Below, piece by piece: positions 45,156-56,737 of a stretch of 64,000 nt of DNA; position 1 is the first letter of the stretch; every line of letters starts with the position of its first letter. The stretch comes from Octopus vulgaris (lineage: Eukaryota). The notes under the pieces were generated by a model. The model was not told where the DNA came from, searched no databases, and saw only the letters and a list, made by a program, of their open reading frames with translations. The stretch is from positions 81,592,001-81,656,000 of the forward strand of contig OX597826.1 of assembly GCA_951406725.2 (NCBI GenBank), in the 5' to 3' direction. Position numbers and translations under genes: made by a program.

Positions 45156-45305
45156 CTTTTCTCTCGGAATAATAAGCTGCAAGAAATCGACCAGTTAAGT
45201 TTGTGTGTCCCTTTAGTAAAACCATCATTTGCTGTCCTGTCGATATGTAAGTTTTCGGTTCGTTCCCGCATACGACTCCTAAAAGACCGTCTCTTCGGCT
45301 GTTAC
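45156..45305 (-). CDS. CUB-domain gene exon (CUB C-terminal part), GC donor
   Basis: tttcag| (G)[52 protein letters not shown]|gcaagt. 150 bp, phase 1-1, paralogous to 20516-20665. Not in the ORF track. Confidence 0.85.
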
Positions 45306-45336
45306 CTGAAAGTGTAGAGGCAGATGAAGTTATAAA

Positions 45337-45496
45337 CGATAGACAGATCGATAGACAGACAGACAGATAGATATATAGTTAGATAGATAGACAGACAGAC
45401 AAATAGATCGATCGATAGACAGACAGACAGACAGACAGACAGATAGATCGATAGACAGGTATAGATAGACAGACAGATAGATCGATAGACAGGTAG

Positions 45497-45549
<53 letters not shown>
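45337..45549. repeat. (GATA/GACA)n microsatellite
   Basis: Directly visible. Confidence 0.95.
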
Positions 45550-45869
45550 TGCAAGCAGATATGAAGGTAGATAAATAAGTGAGTAAATGTGTATGTTGTT
45601 AGATAAAGAGGTCGAAATATAGTAATAAATCAAAATGTAGAAGAAGCAGACACAATTGAATATACTTTCATAATCAGATGTAAATAGGTGATGGATATAT
45701 ATTGTCGTTAAGACAGAGACAACGAGGTGCATAAATATCTCGTTCATATCAATCAGCGCGCGCGCACACAGAGGAATGAGTGGAAGTCACGTGGTTGATC
45801 GACTTGCTAAAAACAGGTTACAAAAGGTGTGGTCACGGTGTCCAGGCGGGCTTCTCAAAGAAAGCCATT

Positions 45870-46200
45870 GCTTCTCGTGTTGGATCAGTTCTAGGCTCAT
45901 TAAACGAAAATTGCCAAGAGTAGAATAAATGGATAGAAAACTAAACATGAAGGATTAACAGGTCAACTACAACCTCTGGAGATATCAATAAGCAAACCCT
46001 TCAAGGCCTATATGCGTGAGGAACAGCAACAGGTCGGATGAAGAAGTCTATAAGAGCTCGAGTTTGTGAATGAAAAATTCTTGGGATGAAGCTTTCACTG
46101 CATCCCAAGAATTCTCAATCTTTTAAAAGTTGTGGCATTAACAATTCGCTTGATGGCACAGAAGATGACCTTTTATATGAAAAATCAGATGTCTCTGATT
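45870..46200 (+). mobile_element. pogo-like DDE transposase C-terminal relic
   Basis: GLTGQLQPLEISISKPFKAYMREE and SFKSCGINNSLDGTEDDLLYE. Confidence 0.8.
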
Positions 46201-46584
46201 GATGGCACTAGTGACACCCGAGGGTGAAGGCATGGATGAAGAAGATAACAGCAGTAGTGAATTTGGAGAGCGTTATGATGACCGCCCTCGCAAATACTAA
46301 ACGGACACAGACTTTGTGTCATTGGCCAGCTGGAGGAGATATCTTCCTGGGGCTAAAAACAACAGTAACCTAGTCCTCTATAGGACCGCCACATTTAGTT
46401 GGCAAATAGATTAGAATATGATACCAATTTTTCTGAAACAACCACTTTTTGTTTGTACGTACGCATGTATGTATGTATGTATGTGTGCATGTGTGTATGT
46501 ATGTATGTATGTATGTATGTATGTATATATGTGCGTGTGCGTATGTGAGAGAAAAAGACAGAGGGAGAGATAGCTGTGTGTGTG

Positions 46585-46628
<44 letters not shown>

Positions 46629-46765
46629 TATATACATATATATATACATATAGGGGAGTGTACGAGTGCGTTAACATTTTTAATGAGTGTACTGATCACG
46701 TTTAAAGAATTGGCTTCAAATAATCGAAAATATTCCCAGTTAAGAATATCTGAAGGAAACAGATT

Positions 46766-46826
<61 letters not shown>

Positions 46827-47097
46827 GTACAGATACATAAATATCAAAGGAGAATGTTATAATTAAAAACTAATTGGTGTGCAACAACCAAAGCATGAAA
46901 CCAAATTACCTTTCGGAAAGTATAATGAAAAAAACTATGGCAGTCGGTCGTTTAGTTTCGTCATTTGGAGATTTTCTCTAAAAGCCTCGCCACTCACAAA
47001 TTCTTCGCATTTGTCAGGGAATCTGACTAAAAGTTTATTTTCTCAATTCATACACAGATTTCAATTTCGCTGATTATTCCCGTTCTCTAATAGTTGT

Positions 47098-47151
<54 letters not shown>

Positions 47152-47405
47152 AGGACATTGCTTAAATTTCTAACATTCTTCTAAAGCCTTTTTTTACTCC
47201 CCCCCCCTAAACTTTCTCTAAAACTATATTTATCGTTTGTTTAAGTGACAATAGATCCTTAATGGCTGGGATAAAGTTTCTTTTGCATTGCAAATAACAC
47301 ATAACACATATACACACACAGTCTAATATATACACACATTATTTTATTTGTATGTGTTAAATATATATGTGGGCATACGTACACACACACACACATATGT
47401 ATGTG

Positions 47406-47445
<40 letters not shown>

Positions 47446-47967
47446 CTATATCAGTCAATCAAAAATGAATGGGGTTAAAAAAATATAAAAATTAAATAAC
47501 AAAAAGCATAAGAGCAGCAGCAGCAGCAGCGGCAGCAGCAGCAGATAAAACAGCATTTCCAAATATAAGATGAAAGAACTCTAATGGAGTAAAAGTAGAA
47601 AAATGGTTGAAGAATTATATTAAAGAAGAAATCCTTTAAAAAAAATAAAGAAATAGCAAATGGGAGATTGTAACATGAAAGATGGATCTCTGACAAAAAT
47701 GACTTTCGTTTCTTGTTGTTGAGATTTCGCTTTATTTTTTGCAACCGCTAAAATTGAAATAACGTTATGTACTCTCGCTTGTGTATATGAGTGCGTCACT
47801 GGCTTGTGTATGAGTGCGCCTGTTTGTATGTATGTGAAGCCACTATTTGCACTAGTATGTATGGCGGCCAAACATGTACAAATATGTATGTATACATATA
47901 TATCATATATCTACGTATATAAGTACATACATTTTCATATATTTGTGCATATAGGTATACGTGCACC

Positions 47968-48061
<94 letters not shown>

Positions 48062-48290
48062 TATACATATGTGTAGAGAGGAAAAAGTATATATACACAT
48101 ATAGACACGCATCTATACCTATGTATAGGCAGAAAAGTATACGGGATGCAGCAAAACGATTTTCCAGATGACTCAAAGATCGAAGAATAACCAATAAAAT
48201 ATATAAAATACTTGAATAAAAACTGCAGAGGCAAACTGAGGCAAACACACACACATAAAAATGCACTTATATAGAGATATATACATACAT

Positions 48291-48494
48291 ATTGCTCGAC
48301 ATTTTAAAACTGATGTAATACTTACTGTGTTTAATAAAAGGAAGTAGCATGAAACAATTGTACTACTCTACCTTGGATATCCTTGTTGCTTATTTTGATT
48401 ATAATCACCCCGTTTGATTTATATGGATAACACGATACGAAATGCTGGTGCCTTTAACTTAAGTACCATATTCATCTGAATCTAAATTTTGCCG

Positions 48495-48497
<3 letters not shown>
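48291..48497 (+). mobile_element. Single-arm copy of the 54665-54992 element (hammerhead-like)
   Basis: attgctcgacattttaaaaCTGATGTaatactt..catGAAACAATTGTActactc..ttcatctgaatctaaattttg, flanked by TA/CATA repeats. Confidence 0.8.
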
Positions 48498-48528
<31 letters not shown>

Positions 48529-49055
48529 CCCTCACAATTGTACATGAATGCTTACTAACATACACTCTCACTCACTCACACATACAAACAAACACAAACT
48601 CTCTCACACACACATACATGTTAACGCACATACACATACATGTGAATTAAAAAAATCTACTGGAATCAGCTTTAACGATATGAATTTCTTAATCTTGGGG
48701 GATATTTTAAGTCGAGAAATAAAGTAACATTTAAGAAAGTATCTTGAATCGTTGGAATAGGTGTAATGAAATGGCGGCAATGGAACAGGAAAAGATGTCT
48801 TGTGAAAAGGACACCTGAAGAGTTGTAAGGTCATTATCATTCCTGGGGGTGAAATATTTATATCTTAAAAAAATTTTACTGAAAAATTAGTTATGAGAAA
48901 ACTCGGTTCTATGAAATTATAGATATTAAAATTCAGTTTGTATCTGAATACTATCCTAGGGTTTTATGTATATTTAATACACACACATATACATACATGC
49001 ATACATACATACATACATACATGCATGCAAGCACACACACACACACATATATATG

Positions 49056-49368
49056 TGGAGTCGCAATGGCCTAGTGGTTAGGGCAACGGACTTACGATCG
49101 TAGGATCGCGGTTTCGATTCACGGACCGGGCGTTGTGAGTGTTTATTGAGCGAAAACACCTAAAAGCCCCACGAGGCTCCGGCAGGGGGTGGTGGCGATC
49201 CCTGCTGTACTCTTTCGCCACAACTTTCTCTCACTCTTTCTTCTGTTGGCCTGCTCGCTTAGCCTGCGAGGTGGCGTTATTTGAAGGCTAAAACAATGCG
49301 AAGCGCATTGTGACCAGCGATGTGTAGCAACATCTGCTAGCCTGGTCGGTCACGGTGATCACGGTGAT
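49056..49368 (+). mobile_element. tRNA-derived SINE (family 1), full length
   Basis: tRNA-like head, body shared with 24753-25019, and a (CACGGTGAT)2 tail running into (TA)n. Confidence 0.88.
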
Positions 49369-49541
49369 ATATATATATATATATAGATAGATACACATAC
49401 ATATATAACTACCTATCCACCAATATATTTTATCATATCAAAGGGAAATGGAATTTAAAATTAAAAACATTCAATCAAAATTTACATTTCCAGTGGTCTA
49501 ACGCGTAAAAAATTTTTAGTCAAAAAGACTATATATTAGTC

Positions 49542-49623
49542 ATACGATATAGTGTATATTTAAACACATAGAGAATCCACTTACAGGGATTCTCTATATG
49601 TTTAAATATACACTATATCGTAT
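49542..49623. repeat. 37-bp near-perfect inverted repeat with 8-nt loop
   Basis: atacgatatagtgtatatttaaacacatagagaatcc / ggattctctatatgtttaaatatacactatatcgtat (one mismatch). Confidence 0.9.
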
Positions 49624-50268
49624 CCACCGATATAGGTAGGGGTGGGTCATTATGTTGCTGATAATAAGCGTGAATGACCATACAAATAAAAAGTTCAATA
49701 CATTTAACTTTATTAATTGCTGACATCTGTACACAGGAGTATTGAAGAACCTTTCTGTGTGTCTAACATACAAGATGTGAAGATTGACCTCCTTCAATTT
49801 ATGTTGCATGAATCTTTTGAGACAAAAAAGAGCAGGTAAAAAGGTAAAAGATGGATGACGTCGTTTAAATACAAGAATAAATTAAACTTTCTTGAACATG
49901 TATTCTTAGAGTATTATAAAAGCGCAGGTTGAAGGTGATGAAAGTATATTTGGCAGAACAAAGTAATACATTTCCGCCTGGGATTGGAGTTAAGACTGGC
50001 GTGTACCCGACTCACTGCTTTATATAACCATGGGCAAAACCTTCAAGAACTTTCGAAATGCAAACTAACAGGAAGCTTACAGAAGTTTCCGCTGATATTC
50101 TTCGGTGTGAGTTGATTCAAACTAGAGAACATCAAAGCTGATTCGCCGGTGGACACTGACGAAGGTGTTTCATCTCTCGTGAGGTTGGGCATACCTTTTA
50201 TGGCTGTATTTTTAGGTTGTGGTTAAACACACACGCACACACACGCACACGCACACTCACTCACTCAC

Positions 50269-50305
<37 letters not shown>

Positions 50306-51049
50306 GAGACATGCCCACACACCTTTATGTATTTTGTTTTGGCTGAGTCAGTCTGTTGCTACTCTGAGTTTCGTTCGTGGGTGCACAGGGTCTTTAGGCA
50401 AATTACGAGAGAAGAAATGATGGAATTTACATGAATATATATATAGAATTTCTGTCATATGGTAAAATGATGGAGGGGAACTGAGATGCCTCAAAACAAT
50501 ATATATAACCATAAAATTATGCTGTATGGCATTGTAAAATAAAAGGGAATAAAACTTGAGGATGTATCAGCCTCCATATGCACTCTTCTTATAATTATTG
50601 CAAATATACACTCCATATAATGCTACCATCCTCAGAAATGCACACAGAATTACCCATCGGAGGAATTTACAGCATGAGTGACAACACCTAGAAGTCATGG
50701 ACGTTAAATACTAATCGATGCAGTTAGCTATAACCTGGGACATGATTGAGAGCCACCACGACATCCGTCTGGATAATATATCCCTCTAACCCCCCCCCCC
50801 CCCACACACAGATGCCGAATATGCATCTGTTGGAAAAGATGTTGAAATTAAAAGTCAAATCTCTTTGATATCATACCCTAAAATCTAAAAACAGAGACAC
50901 TAATTCTAGGTACACCATATTTAAGCCCCTTTCCACATAGACATGCTGGTCCAGGGTTGTTTTGTGGTTACTAAGCAACACAAATGTTTCTGGCAAATGG
51001 TCTAAGTCCACCTCCACATGAGAAGCATAAGCATAAACAATAATAGTTT

Positions 51050-51262
51050 TAAATTTTGGAGCAAAGCCAGCAATTTTAGAAGAGGGATAAATCGATTACA
51101 TCGACCCCCCCCCACCACCAGTGTTAAACTGGAACTTATTTTATCGTTCCCCAAGGAATGAAAGGCAAAGTCGACCTCGGTGGTATTTGGACTCAGAACG
51201 TAAAGTCGGGAGAAATGCCGCTAAGCAGTTTTTCCGGCAACGATGCCGTCAGCTTGCTTCCT
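51050..51262 (-). mobile_element. SINE family 2 copy
   Basis: atgaaaggcaaagtcgacctcgg..actcagaacg..ccgctaagca. Confidence 0.75.
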
Positions 51263-51907
51263 TAAAGTCTTAAACAATGAAAAAATTTAATTGGTAGCAC
51301 AGTGAATAAGAAACGGGTTCTCCGAGTGCAAAAGTAGGAAACTTATGGCAAATTTGAGAGTAGATCGCTTTGTTTTTAGAGGAGCAGCATTTATTTCATT
51401 ATTTTGTAAAGTTTAAAATCTAAACGGCGAATGATGTGATCTTGTCTACACGTAAACATTTGAAATCAATCGAACTGATTTTTATTTTAAGTGTCCCTTT
51501 AGATGTATATTGAAAAAGATTAATTACAAGTGCTAATTATAGAGAGGCGCCATCCGCATGTAAACTACATTTAAAATTAACTTTTTTAATAAAGTGATGC
51601 TCAGTTCATTAAAGAAGAAAATTAGATTAAAAGCATAATTAGTCACAAGTATGCGATGAGGAAAAGAGAATATTAACTCAATGATGAGAAACATAATTAT
51701 TGCTGCGGTTTAACGTGCACTCAAATTCCGCAGTACTTTTATGATTTTGTTGAAAATAATGAAGAAATACGGAGATGTACTTGCATAGCAAGTGACCTGA
51801 TCTGAGAACGTGTTTTGGAACGAAAACAATTGCAGCGTGGAAGGTGTTTACAAGCCATTTAAGAAACACACTAAAACCGTTAGATTCACTTCAACATTTA
51901 AATTTAA

Positions 51908-51958
51908 TTTGTCAAATTATTTTCGTCGCCGTGAGACCGCGACCTGTTCACTGACAAA
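51908..51958 (-). ncRNA. Hammerhead-like motif with swapped G3-C8 core pair
   Basis: UUUGUCA-GUGAACA-G-GUCGC(ggucucacg)GCGAC-GAAA-AUAA-UU/UGACAAA. Stem I is a perfect 7 bp and stem II a perfect 5 bp. Confidence 0.6.
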
Positions 51959-52456
51959 ATTCCGTGCTGCATCTGAGAAAGTAACAGTTAGTTCATGATA
52001 TATATGTACGTATGCATGAGTGCGTGTGTGTGCATGTGTATGTAGGTATGTATGTGTGTATGTATGCATGCATATATGCATGTGCGTATGTATGTACATG
52101 TATGTGCGCATGCATGTGTGCATGCCTACACGCATGTATGTATGTATGTATGTATGCATGTACGTATGTACTTACGTATGTATGTGAGTATTTAGGAGAG
52201 TGTGTAGACGTGTCTGTGTGTGTGTGTGTACATGTGTATGTACATGTGAACGTATGTTTATGTACTGATATGTGTCAGTTCAAGTTGTATACATGACTGT
52301 TACTTTGTTGAAGGTTGTATATATATACACACATATACATGTATATAGACAAACACACACACATATATACGTGTATGTGTGTGTGTGCGTTTGTCCCATG
52401 AGTGCAGAAATGGTTTCACTTTTTGTACAAAATTACTGGAAACTAAAAATACTCAC

Positions 52457-52581
52457 CATCATAAACTGCCAGATATGCGTTTGACATGCATTGAGATTCT
52501 TGTGGAAAATCGGCGTACATGATTTCGAGTCGAATTACTTGGTTCTTAGACGTCGTAAGAAGCCAAGAACAAGATCGCATG
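52457..52581 (-). CDS. CUB-domain gene exon (CUB middle part)
   Basis: tttcattgcag| MRSCSWLLTTSKNQVIRLEIMYADFPQESQCMSNAYLAVYD(G) |gtgagt. 125 bp, phase 2 to 1, splices in frame to 45305. Not in the ORF track. Confidence 0.88.
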
Positions 52582-52915
52582 CTGCAATGAAATCGAAAGC
52601 GAAATGAATAACAGAAATCCTTTGTGAAGGGATCGACATGTATCGAACGCTAATGAAAGATAATGGAATAACAGATTAAACGAATACACATCACACTCAT
52701 GTGCTCTTTTTCACTTTGTCCCACTCTGGGTTTCTCTCTTTTAAAACCGCAAAACTTCCTGACTGTCATCTGAAATTACACTTCTTAACTATTCTGTCCA
52801 TGTCAACAGATTTGTATATTTGAATGTAGTAATGATGATGATGATGATGATGATGATGACGACAGAAACTATATGGATAGCCAGATGAGAAGGTGGGGAT
52901 GTAAATTTTCACACA

Positions 52916-52958
<43 letters not shown>

Positions 52959-53000
52959 AGCAGATGAGATCCAGAGGTGCTCAATACAGAAAATACTTTA

Positions 53001-53220
53001 AGGTGGCGAAGTGGTAGAATCATTAACACGCCAGGCAAAAGGCTTTGCGGTATTTCGTCTGTTTTCATGTTCTGAGTTCAGATTCTCCACCGAGGTCGAC
53101 TTCGCCTTTCATCCTTTTGCGGTCGATAAAATAAGTACGAGCTAAGCACTAGCATCAACGTAATCGACTAGCTCGACTAGTTCAGAATTGCTGGTCTTGT
53201 GCCAAAATTTGAAACCAATA
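53001..53220 (+). mobile_element. SINE family 2 copy
   Basis: ggtatttcgtc..gaggtcgacttcgcctttcatcc..gtcgataaaataagtac. Confidence 0.75.
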
Positions 53221-53346
53221 TAGAAAACACTTGGCGCTAGATATACAAAATATATACATGTAAATAGAGAGAAAACAAAGACTGAAAGTATTCAAGCGAT
53301 GAAGTTTCATGTATAAAATTAAGGGGAGAAGGTGAGGTATTAGAAG

Positions 53347-53474
53347 CCCGACAGCTGTTTCTGGGGGCTCGGAATTACCTCATAATGTTGGTAGGTGTAG
53401 TTCGCATAAAGGTAAAGATATGCAGCCAGTAGTGGAAGCATATAAACATTGAGTCCAACCTCCGTTTTCAAGGT
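53347..53474 (-). ncRNA. Hammerhead-like motif, U3-A8 core, long stem II
   Basis: ACC-UUGAAAA-C-GGAGGUUGG...CCGAGCCCCC-A-GAAA-CAGCUG-UC/GGG. It is preceded on the minus strand by a pyrimidine tract, as in the 1-3065 units. Confidence 0.4.
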
Positions 53475-53733
53475 GGGGGGATATCTAACGTTTAAATCAT
53501 ACTGCAGAGAAATTTAAAGGTAGAAAGGATGAAGAGGAAGGTCAACAGAAGTGGAGGAAGGGAGTAGGCGGCTCGAGATGTAGTTGTGGGGAGTGTTGAA
53601 GCAAGGAGAGTCGGGAGATGAGTGGGAAAGGGTGGGATGGATAGTATTTTGAAGGGTGGTCTTTATTGTTGGGTTTCATAGCAGATGTTAATAGTTGGGG
53701 ATGGTGCCACTAAAGAACTGCGAAAGGGAAATT

Positions 53734-53767
<34 letters not shown>

Positions 53768-53830
53768 GGAGTAAACACATAAATGTGAAACAAGGTGGAA
53801 AAAAGAGTACTCAATACCAGTGGTAGAGTA

Positions 53831-54006
53831 ATATGCTTTATTTAAAGCAGCAGAAAATTCAACAAAACCTGTTACTCTGAGTTTCACGTTCCCGTTCGTC
53901 GGACAGTTTTTGCTAGAATTCTAGCAAAACTGTTCGACGAACGGGAACGTGAAACTCAGAGTAACAGCTTTTGTTGAATTTTCTGCTGCTTTAAACAAAG
54001 TGTATA
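53831..54006. repeat. Near-perfect palindrome centred on GAATTC (53916-53921) containing two divergent hammerheads
   Basis: Arms of about 88 bp with no spacer. The element extends left to about 53765 and is flanked by (TA)n on both sides. Confidence 0.92.
53869..53906 (-). ncRNA. Minimal type I hammerhead (U4C variant); mirror copy 53930-53967 on plus has C3U
   Basis: CUGU-CCGACGA-ACG(ggaa)CGU-GAAA-CUCAGAG-UA/ACAG. All three stems pair, and stem II has a GNRA loop. Confidence 0.75.
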
Positions 54007-54018
54007 TATATATATATA

Positions 54019-54496
54019 TATATAGTTTGTATCCAGTTAAAAGAAAAAAAAGCGAAGAAAGTTAAGGAAGTTGACAATTATTTATTATTACCAAATTGGT
54101 CATCTTCGCTTCTTGTAGCCGTTTTAATTAATACTCAATAATTTAATTACAAATTTGTACATTAAGTTTGCATTTGTGTGACATGAGTATAATTTCATCA
54201 GAGGAAAAAATAAGATGTACGTTGGGACGTTAGTTGTGGACCTGTCAATTCATTTCAGCAGAAACGGTCTGAATTGACAGGTCCGCATATAACCTCCAAA
54301 TGTACATCTTTTTTCCCCTCTGATGAAATTATACTCATGTCACATAAATGCAAATTTAATGTAGAAATTTGTAATTAAATTATTAAGTATTAATTGAAAC
54401 GGCTATAAGAAGCGAAAATGGCCAATTTATTAATAATAAATAATTGTCAACTTCATTAACTTTCTTTTCTTCTTTTAACTGGATATAAACTATATA
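54019..54496. repeat. Fold-back element (about 230 bp arms, 17-nt loop) with hammerhead-like motifs
   Basis: Arms 54019-54252 and 54270-54496. Confidence 0.92.
54316..54411 (+). ncRNA. Hammerhead-like motif with long stem II
   Basis: CU-CUGAUGA-AAUUAUACUCA...UAAGUAUUAAUU-GAAA-CGGCUA-UA/AG. Canonical core with weak stems I and III. Confidence 0.5.
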
Positions 54497-54612
54497 CTGA
54501 ATATATACCTATCGTTTTAAGGGAATTTCATTCCCCAGCAATACTAGGTATTGACCCAGTACTTACTTTGATGCAACCAGCCCTTCACGAGGTTGACATA
54601 GCCTCTAATTAA

Positions 54613-54664
<52 letters not shown>

Positions 54665-54665
<1 letters not shown>

Positions 54666-54992
54666 TTCAGCAAAATTTAGATTCAGATGAATATGGTACT
54701 TAAGTTAAAGGCACTAGAATTTTGTATGGAATTATCCATATAAAGCAAATGGGGTGATTATAACCAAAATAAGCAACAAAGATATCCAAGGTAGAGTAGT
54801 ACAATTGTTTCATGCTACTTCATTTTATTAAACCCTGTAAGTATTACATCAGTTTTAAAATGTCGAGCAATCTATGTGGCTGAAGATTGCTCGACATTTT
54901 AAAACTGATGTAATACTTACAGTGTTTAATAAAATGAAGCAGCATGAAACAATTGTACTACTCTACCTTGGATATCTTTGTTGCTTATTTTG
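54665..54992. mobile_element. Partial fold-back element (arms 54765-54873 / 54884-54992) in (TA)n
   Basis: Full copy on minus plus an inverted truncated copy. Carries CTGATGT...GAAACAATTGTA. Same family as 48291. Confidence 0.85.
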
Positions 54993-55016
54993 TTTATATA
55001 TATATATATATATATA

Positions 55017-55523
55017 TCACATCGGGGTCACCAGTGTTGCGAGGTTGGATGTAACGTGTTCGAAGGTAATAATGTCACAATATAACGTGGAATAGAGTGT
55101 ATTTAGAAATGAAGGCAATTTGTTAATTATACAGAGCAATTTTATTTGAATTGTTGACAAGTGCTGAGCAAAGTGGGCGAATGAATGTAGGAGTCAGAGA
55201 ATAGCGTTGTAAACTTCTAAATTACGCAAGTCGTTTAGAAGTTTGCAGTGCAAAGGATGTAAGAAATACAAACAGGCCATAACCGGGGTGGTAGGAAGGC
55301 TGGTATGAAATGTCAAGATCTGTCCGCTGCTGGTTGTGGAGCTCTGATCGCTGACGGTTGTGGCGTCGGGGTCTTCTACTGACTGAATACAAAAAGGCAC
55401 GCTCCTGCTGGGCAGATGACTGCTGCTTTTATAGGGACACGACCAGCTCTGGTTGGCTACAGTTGCCAAAACACAATTGTGCCAATACCTGACCTTCAAA
55501 TACAGCTACCTCGACTCACTAAA
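55017..55523 (-). mobile_element. LTR (Gypsy-like) with primer-binding site, internal region lost
   Basis: Minus strand: T(T)TAGTGAG start, TATAAAA at about 55430, AATAAA at 55141-55146, ..GCAACA end at 55035, then TGGTGACCCCGATGTGA PBS. Confidence 0.75.
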
Positions 55524-55538
55524 TATATATAAATAACG

Positions 55539-55835
55539 ACACAAGAAATTTGAAATATTTTGGTATTATCTATTCATCATTACACGTGTTTCATTTGCTA
55601 ATAGATATAATTTATACATGTAAGATAGACATGCAAGGGATTTCCTGTTAGACAGAGAAGTTGAATAATATTCAAATCAAATAATACCAGTCTTATTTAA
55701 TTTTTCTATCCGAAAAATTTCTAATAGCAAATCCCTTATATGCTTATCTTCCATGTAAAACTTAGCAATATCTATTAGTAAATGAAACACGTGTAATGGT
55801 GGATAAATAATACCAAAATCCTAAATTTCTTGTGT
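55539..55835. repeat. Older fold-back element (arms about 55539-55652 / 55720-55835)
   Basis: Inverted arms, each carrying GAAA-CACGTG-TA (hammerhead 3' half with palindromic stem III). The 5' core is decayed. Confidence 0.8.
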
Positions 55836-56025
55836 TTATATACAATAATTTTGCAAATAGTATTTGCATAATTCTCAGAATTAATAATATATAATTTGAA
55901 CTGATATAGAGCAACAGCTGGGACGACATATTGAATTTACCCTAACTACCTACATCATAGGTGTATGTGTGTATGTGTATTTGCATGCGTGTATGTATGT
56001 ATGTATGTATGTATGTATGTATGTA

Positions 56026-56062
<37 letters not shown>

Positions 56063-56116
56063 GTGTGTATGTATGTATGGAGGCATGCATGTATGTGTGT
56101 GCGTATGCCAGTGTGT

Positions 56117-56324
56117 GCACGCCGGACGAAATGCTTAGCGGTATTTCGTCTGCCGCCACGTTCCGAGTTCAAATTCCGCCGAGGTCGACTTTGCCTTTCA
56201 CCCTTTGGGGGTCGATTAAATAAGTACCAGTTACGCGCTGGGGTCGATATAATCGGCTTAATCCGTTTGTCTGTCCTTGTTTGTCCTCTCTGTGTTTAGC
56301 CCCTTGTGGGTAGTAAAGAAATAG
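56117..56324 (+). mobile_element. SINE family 2 copy (5'-truncated)
   Basis: Near-identical to 41780-41990. Confidence 0.88.
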
Positions 56325-56342
56325 GTGTGTGCGTCTCTCAGT

Positions 56343-56508
<166 letters not shown>

Positions 56509-56692
56509 CGAAAGATAATGTTGTTGTTGTTCGCTGTTTTAGACGGAGTTTCGCTTATCTCCAACAGCTTCTTCCACGCTTATGTAATATCGCTAGAGAT
56601 TGTCCTCCACGCGATCTATTCATCTTTGTCTCTTGCATGAAATATCTCCGTTTCAGTTTGTACGTAGTGTGCGCATGGCTATACTGCAATGT

Positions 56693-56737
<45 letters not shown>

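Noticed and set aside
52860-52915. SSGYPYS as the missing CUB N-terminal exon
   Set aside because: No usable acceptor or donor, and it is wedged between microsatellites.
54019-54496. A-to-I editing footprint in arm mismatches
   Set aside because: By eye about 8 G-U-type versus 5 A-C-type mismatches, which is not a convincing bias.
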